Shown here one piece after another: positions 59,978-64,000 of a stretch of 64,000 nt of DNA (position 1 is its first letter; each line of letters opens with the position of its first letter). The stretch is from assembly GCA_902793845.1 (NCBI GenBank), contig CADBFE010000001.1, positions 19,221 through 83,220 of the forward strand, given 5' to 3'. Under the pieces are notes generated by a model that made no database searches, had not been told where the DNA came from, and saw only the letters and a list, made by a program, of their open reading frames with translations. The DNA is from an uncultured Lachnospiraceae bacterium (lineage in GTDB: Bacteria > Bacillota > Clostridia > Lachnospirales > Lachnospiraceae). Both the position numbers and the translations under genes were made by a program.

Positions 59978-60005
59978 ACGATTAATATTGGAGGATTATT
60001 GATAA

Positions 60006-60278
60006 ATGAAAAAGACGATTATCACTGTAGTAGGTAAGGATACCGTAGGTATCATCGCAAAGGTATGTACATATCTGGCAGAGAACGGGATCAATATACT
60101 CGACATCTCCCAGACTATCGTACAGGAATATTTCAATATGATGATGATAGCCGATGTATCGGGGACAGAAAAGCAGTTTGGAACCATCTGCGATGAACTC
60201 GATGCCCTCGGCAAAGAGATAGGTGTCATGATCAAATGTCAGAGAGAAGAAATCTTTGACTCAATGCACAGAATTTAA
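60006..60278 (+). CDS. ACT domain protein (UPF0237)
   Basis: [32 protein letters not shown]. Confidence 0.9.
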   Translation: MKKTIITVVGKDTVGIIAKVCTYLAENGINILDISQTIVQEYFNMMMIADVSGTEKQFGTICDELDALGKEIGVMIKCQREEIFDSMHRI

Positions 60279-60298
60279 TTATAAACGGAGTAAATATA

Positions 60299-61663
60299 AT
60301 GATCAGTCAATATGAAGTGCTTGAGACTAATGAGATGATCGAGAAGGAAAACCTCGATGTCAGGACAATCACCCTCGGCATCAGCCTCCTCGACTGTATC
60401 GATTCAGACCTCGGCAAATTAAAGAATAATATCTACAACAAGATCACAACCACAGCAGAAAAGCTTGTGGAGACAGGCCAGTACATTGAGAAAAAGTATG
60501 GCATCCCCATCGTAAACAAACGTGTCAGTGTGACACCGATCGCAATGGTAGGCGGAAGCGCATGCAAGACCAGCGATGATTTTGTAGAGATAGCAAAGAC
60601 CCTCGATGAAGCTGCCCACAAAGTGGGAGTAAACTTTATCGGAGGATACTCGGCCCTCGTATCAAAAGGCATGACTGCCGCTGATGAGCTCCTCATCAGA
60701 TCCATACCAAAGGCTCTAGCATCCACAGAGCTAGTTTGCAGTTCCGTTAATGTCGGTTCCACAAAGACAGGTATCGATATGGATGCAGTACGTCTCGTAG
60801 GCGAGATGGTAAAGGAGACTGCAGAGCTTACAAAGGATAATGATTCACTGGGCTGTGCAAAGTTTGTGGTATTTTGCAATGCCCCCGATGATAACCCCTT
60901 TATGGCAGGTGCTTTCCACGGTGTGACAGAAGCCGATGCGATCATTAATGTCGGTGTATCAGGTCCCGGTGTAGTAAAGACAGCCCTCGAAAAAGTCAGG
61001 GGAGAAAGTTTTGAAGTACTCTGCGAGACAATTAAAAAGACAGCATTTAAGGTTACGAGAGTAGGCCAGCTTGTTGCAAAAGAGGCATCGGAGAAATTAA
61101 ATGTACCTTTTGGTATCATCGACCTGTCCCTTGCACCGACTCCGGCAATAGGTGACTCCGTAGCTGATATTCTCTGCGAGATAGGACTTGAGTATGCCGG
61201 TGCACCCGGTACGACTGCAGCCCTTGCCCTCTTAAACGATCAGGTAAAGAAGGGCGGCGTCATGGCATCTTCATATGTAGGCGGACTCTCAGGCGCGTTT
61301 ATACCCGTATCTGAGGACCAGGGTATGATAAATGCAGTCACGGCAGGAGCCCTCACCCTTGAGAAACTCGAGGCCATGACATGCGTATGCTCCGTAGGAC
61401 TCGATATGATCGCTATCCCGGGAGATACAAAGTCTACAACCATCGCAGGTATCATAGCAGATGAGATGGCTATCGGTATGGTCAATCAAAAGACTACAGC
61501 TGTCAGGATCATACCTGTCATCGGCAAGGATGTGGGAGATACTGTTGAATTTGGCGGCCTCCTCGGATACGCTCCGATCATGCCGGTAAATAAATATGAC
61601 TGCAGTGCTTTTGTAAACAGAAAGGGACGTATCCCCGCACCTATCCACAGCTTCAAGAACTGA
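60299..61663 (+). CDS. UPF0210/DUF711 PFL-like protein
   Basis: [38 protein letters not shown]; standard partner of the UPF0237 ACT protein. Confidence 0.9.
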   Translation: MISQYEVLETNEMIEKENLDVRTITLGISLLDCIDSDLGKLKNNIYNKITTTAEKLVETGQYIEKKYGIPIVNKRVSVTPIAMVGGSACKTSDDFVEIAKTLDEAAHKVGVNFIGGYSALVSKGMTAADELLIRSIPKALASTELVCSSVNVGSTKTGIDMDAVRLVGEMVKETAELTKDNDSLGCAKFVVFCNAPDDNPFMAGAFHGVTEADAIINVGVSGPGVVKTALEKVRGESFEVLCETIKKTAFKVTRVGQLVAKEASEKLNVPFGIIDLSLAPTPAIGDSVADILCEIGLEYAGAPGTTAALALLNDQVKKGGVMASSYVGGLSGAFIPVSEDQGMINAVTAGALTLEKLEAMTCVCSVGLDMIAIPGDTKSTTIAGIIADEMAIGMVNQKTTAVRIIPVIGKDVGDTVEFGGLLGYAPIMPVNKYDCSAFVNRKGRIPAPIHSFKN

Positions 61664-61673
61664 TAAATCCTTA

Positions 61674-61702
61674 AAGCATCGGATGCTTGTCCGGTGCTTT
61701 TT
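61674..61702 (+). terminator. Intrinsic terminator
   Basis: AAGCATCGGA/TCCGGTGCTT stem followed by a T run. Confidence 0.7.
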
Positions 61703-61723
61703 CATTATTATCCGGTAAATGAC

Positions 61724-62815
61724 ATGACAATCACAGCAGTAATATGCGAGTTAAATCCCGTACATAACGGTCACAAATACATATTTGAAAAAGCCAGGGA
61801 GCTGACAGGAGCTGACTACTGTATCGCCATAATGAGCGGCGATTATGTACAGAGGGGCGAGCCTGCCGTATTTGACAAGCATATAAGGAGCCGGTTTGCT
61901 CTCTTAATAGGAGCGGATGCTGTAATAGAACTTCCGGGTATTTTTGCTACCGGTTCCGCCCAGTATTTCGCCAGGGGCGCAGCAGGTATCTTAAAGAAAA
62001 TCGGTTGTATCAGTTATCTGTGTTTTGGAAGTGAATCGGGGGATATCGCATCCATAATGTCAGATGACAATGATATGCCAAATGATATTCTGGCAAGAGA
62101 GTATATTAAGGCCCTTGAATATTTGGGACTTGATATAAAGCCTGTCCCCGTAAAGAGGGAAGGGACAGATTACAATGATGACGAAAATATTTCCGGCACA
62201 ATATGTTCTGCGTCATATCTTAGGAAAAAACTGATATGTGAAAAAGATTTTGACAGAAAACTCATCCCGGATTCGTGTGTAGACGTTTTTTACGATTATA
62301 TAAATAATTATGCCCCTGTATATTTTGACGATTATTCTGACGTGTTTTACCAGTCTCTTAAGATTTTGGAGGGCAGTCTTGATACATATTTTGATGTATA
62401 CGGAGATCTTGCGGACAAGTTTGAAAACGCTCTTGACGGATTTACATCAGCAGATGAGTACTGCCATCTTGTAAAGACAAAGGAGATTGCTTTTTCACAT
62501 ATAAAGAGAGCCCTCCTGCATACAGCCCTGTCATATACTAAAGATGATGAAAAATATGCCAGGGAAAATGATTATTGTATTTATTTAAGGCTGCTTGGAT
62601 TTAATAAAGCAAAAGCAGACGTGCTTAAAAAACTTACTAAGAACGGTTCGAATCTGATATCAAAAACATCAGATGCAAGGGATATCCTGGACAGGCGGGC
62701 CCTGGAAATCTATGAAAAAGATATCTCTGCATCAATGCTCAGGGAATATATAAGACAGAAAAAGGATAAAAAGCCTGCCGTAAATGAGTATAAAAGGAGC
62801 GTGATAATCCTTTAA
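61724..62815 (+). CDS. tmcAL: tRNA(Met) cytidine acetate ligase (YlbM/TmcAL family)
   Basis: CELNPVHNGH, MSGDYVQRGEPA, FGSESG, PNDIL, SASYLR; start moved to ATG 61724. Confidence 0.85.
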   Translation: MTITAVICELNPVHNGHKYIFEKARELTGADYCIAIMSGDYVQRGEPAVFDKHIRSRFALLIGADAVIELPGIFATGSAQYFARGAAGILKKIGCISYLCFGSESGDIASIMSDDNDMPNDILAREYIKALEYLGLDIKPVPVKREGTDYNDDENISGTICSASYLRKKLICEKDFDRKLIPDSCVDVFYDYINNYAPVYFDDYSDVFYQSLKILEGSLDTYFDVYGDLADKFENALDGFTSADEYCHLVKTKEIAFSHIKRALLHTALSYTKDDEKYARENDYCIYLRLLGFNKAKADVLKKLTKNGSNLISKTSDARDILDRRALEIYEKDISASMLREYIRQKKDKKPAVNEYKRSVIIL

Positions 62816-62908
62816 ATACAAGGTTTATGTACCACCGTAAGACTTGAAAGAGAAAGGCATTTGAATTATAATTTTGAATAGTATTTGGGTTACGAAAGGA
62901 GACATAAT

Positions 62909-63916
62909 ATGTCTTACATTGATATTATCAAGGATAAAGCAAGAGCTGATAAAAAGACGATAGTCATGCCGGAGACAAATGATAAGAGAACTCTTATCGC
63001 TGCGGCTCATATCATAGAGGAAAATATAGCCGATATCATCATGGTTGGCCGTGAGGAAAAGATAAGAGACGGTGCAGGATGGCTGGAGATCGATATTGAT
63101 AAGGTAAAGGTAGTTGATCCGGAGACCACCGACAAGCTTGATGATTACATCGAACTTCTCTATGAGACAAGAAAAGAGAAGGGTATGACTCCCGAGAAGG
63201 CAAGGGAGATACTTCTTAATGATTATCTGACATTTGGCGTAATAATGGTCAAGGCAGGAGATGCGGACGGTATGGTTGCGGGATGCTGCCATGCTACAGC
63301 AGATGTACTGCGTCCGTCACTTCAGATACTGCGTACGGCACCTGGTACAAAGCTTGTATCAGGATTCTTTATCATAGATGTACCTGACTGTCAGTACGGT
63401 GAGAACGGTACATTCCTGTTTTCTGACTGTGGACTTAACCAGGATCCTACAGCAGAGGAACTTGCCGCAATCGCTGATTCGTCGGCAAAGAGCTTTAAAT
63501 CACTGGTCGGTGGCGTACCGGCCATAGCACTTTTATCACATTCAACAAAGGGCAGTGCCAAGCATCCCCTTGTAGACAAGGTGGTTGAGGCTACCAGAAT
63601 AGCCAAGGAGCAGTATCCGGATCTCTTAATAGACGGAGAACTCCAGACTGATGCGGCCATTGTGCCCAAGGTTGCCAAGACAAAGGCACCTGACTCGCCT
63701 CTTGGAGGCAAGGCCAATGTCCTGATATTCCCGAACCTTGACTGTGGTAATATTTCGTACAAACTCGTACAGAGACTCGGTAAAGCCGAGGCATACGGCC
63801 CGATGCTCCAGGGTATCGCAAGGCCTGTTAATGATCTTTCGAGAGGTTGCTCATGGGAAGATATAGTCGGTGTAGTTGCCCTGACAGCTGTTCAGGCACA
63901 GAATATCGACGAGTAG
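62909..63916 (+). CDS. pta: Phosphate acetyltransferase
   Basis: [40 protein letters not shown]; ATG 62909 follows AAGGAG. Confidence 0.95.
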   Translation: MSYIDIIKDKARADKKTIVMPETNDKRTLIAAAHIIEENIADIIMVGREEKIRDGAGWLEIDIDKVKVVDPETTDKLDDYIELLYETRKEKGMTPEKAREILLNDYLTFGVIMVKAGDADGMVAGCCHATADVLRPSLQILRTAPGTKLVSGFFIIDVPDCQYGENGTFLFSDCGLNQDPTAEELAAIADSSAKSFKSLVGGVPAIALLSHSTKGSAKHPLVDKVVEATRIAKEQYPDLLIDGELQTDAAIVPKVAKTKAPDSPLGGKANVLIFPNLDCGNISYKLVQRLGKAEAYGPMLQGIARPVNDLSRGCSWEDIVGVVALTAVQAQNIDE

Positions 63917-63945
63917 GGGGATTTTATTTTTAGGGAGGAAAGGTT

Positions 63946-64000
63946 TTGAAGAAAAAGGTTTTAAAAGCATTTCTTAAGACAGTTGCTGTATTTACTTCAG
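63946..64000 (+). CDS. Start of a probable exported protein, cut by the window edge
   Basis: GGGAGG RBS, TTG start, MKKKVLKAFLKTVAVFTS (signal-peptide-like). Confidence 0.45.
   Translation, partial: MKKKVLKAFLKTVAVFTS

Noticed and set aside
237-63821. The many short antisense or alternate-frame ORFs in the track (e.g. 776-1174, 11253-11759, 60433-61119)
   Set aside because: They lie fully within well-supported genes, lack RBS and motifs, and are expected shadow ORFs.

Overview
Bacterial chromosomal segment, most likely Lachnospiraceae (Butyrivibrio-like gene order and protein style; inference). Core blocks: rimP-nusA-ylxR-ylxQ-infB-rbfA-nrnA-truB-ribF, Na/Pi cotransporter, rho, GH94 cellobiose phosphorylase, NlpC/P60, ybaK, rpmE-prmC-prfA, efp, tRNA-Arg(CCG) and murE on the left; tRNA-Leu(CAA), polA-coaE, tmcAL and pta on the right. 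Between them (about 33.6-53.0 kb) is a visibly AT-rich, integrase-less island ending at the 3' end of tRNA-Leu. It carries three conflict/defence-type signals. (1) A retron (msr-msd ncRNA with a1/a2 repeats, and a 304-aa RT with NAxxH, YCDD and VTG motifs) is the last unit of a tightly packed run of AAA ATPase, 580-aa unknown protein, MoxR-like AAA+ and DUF2201 peptidase-like/vWA genes, a partner set I do not recognise from described retron types. This is the best candidate for an undescribed system. (2) A promoter-to-terminator unit of three ~35-nt repeats shows compensatory changes that define an H-type pseudoknot, like a type III TA (ToxI/AbiQ) antitoxin, but with no cognate toxin gene. (3) An Rpn nuclease has an internal RBS/ATG for an RpnS antitoxin, and the island also holds a solo RpnS gene and an rpn relic. 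Smaller observations: a REP-like palindrome family, 40-bp direct repeats flanking ybaK, NusA S1 insertions, a degenerate TtcA and a frameshifted PPIase tail. All family assignments come from motif reading and recall; no searches were run.
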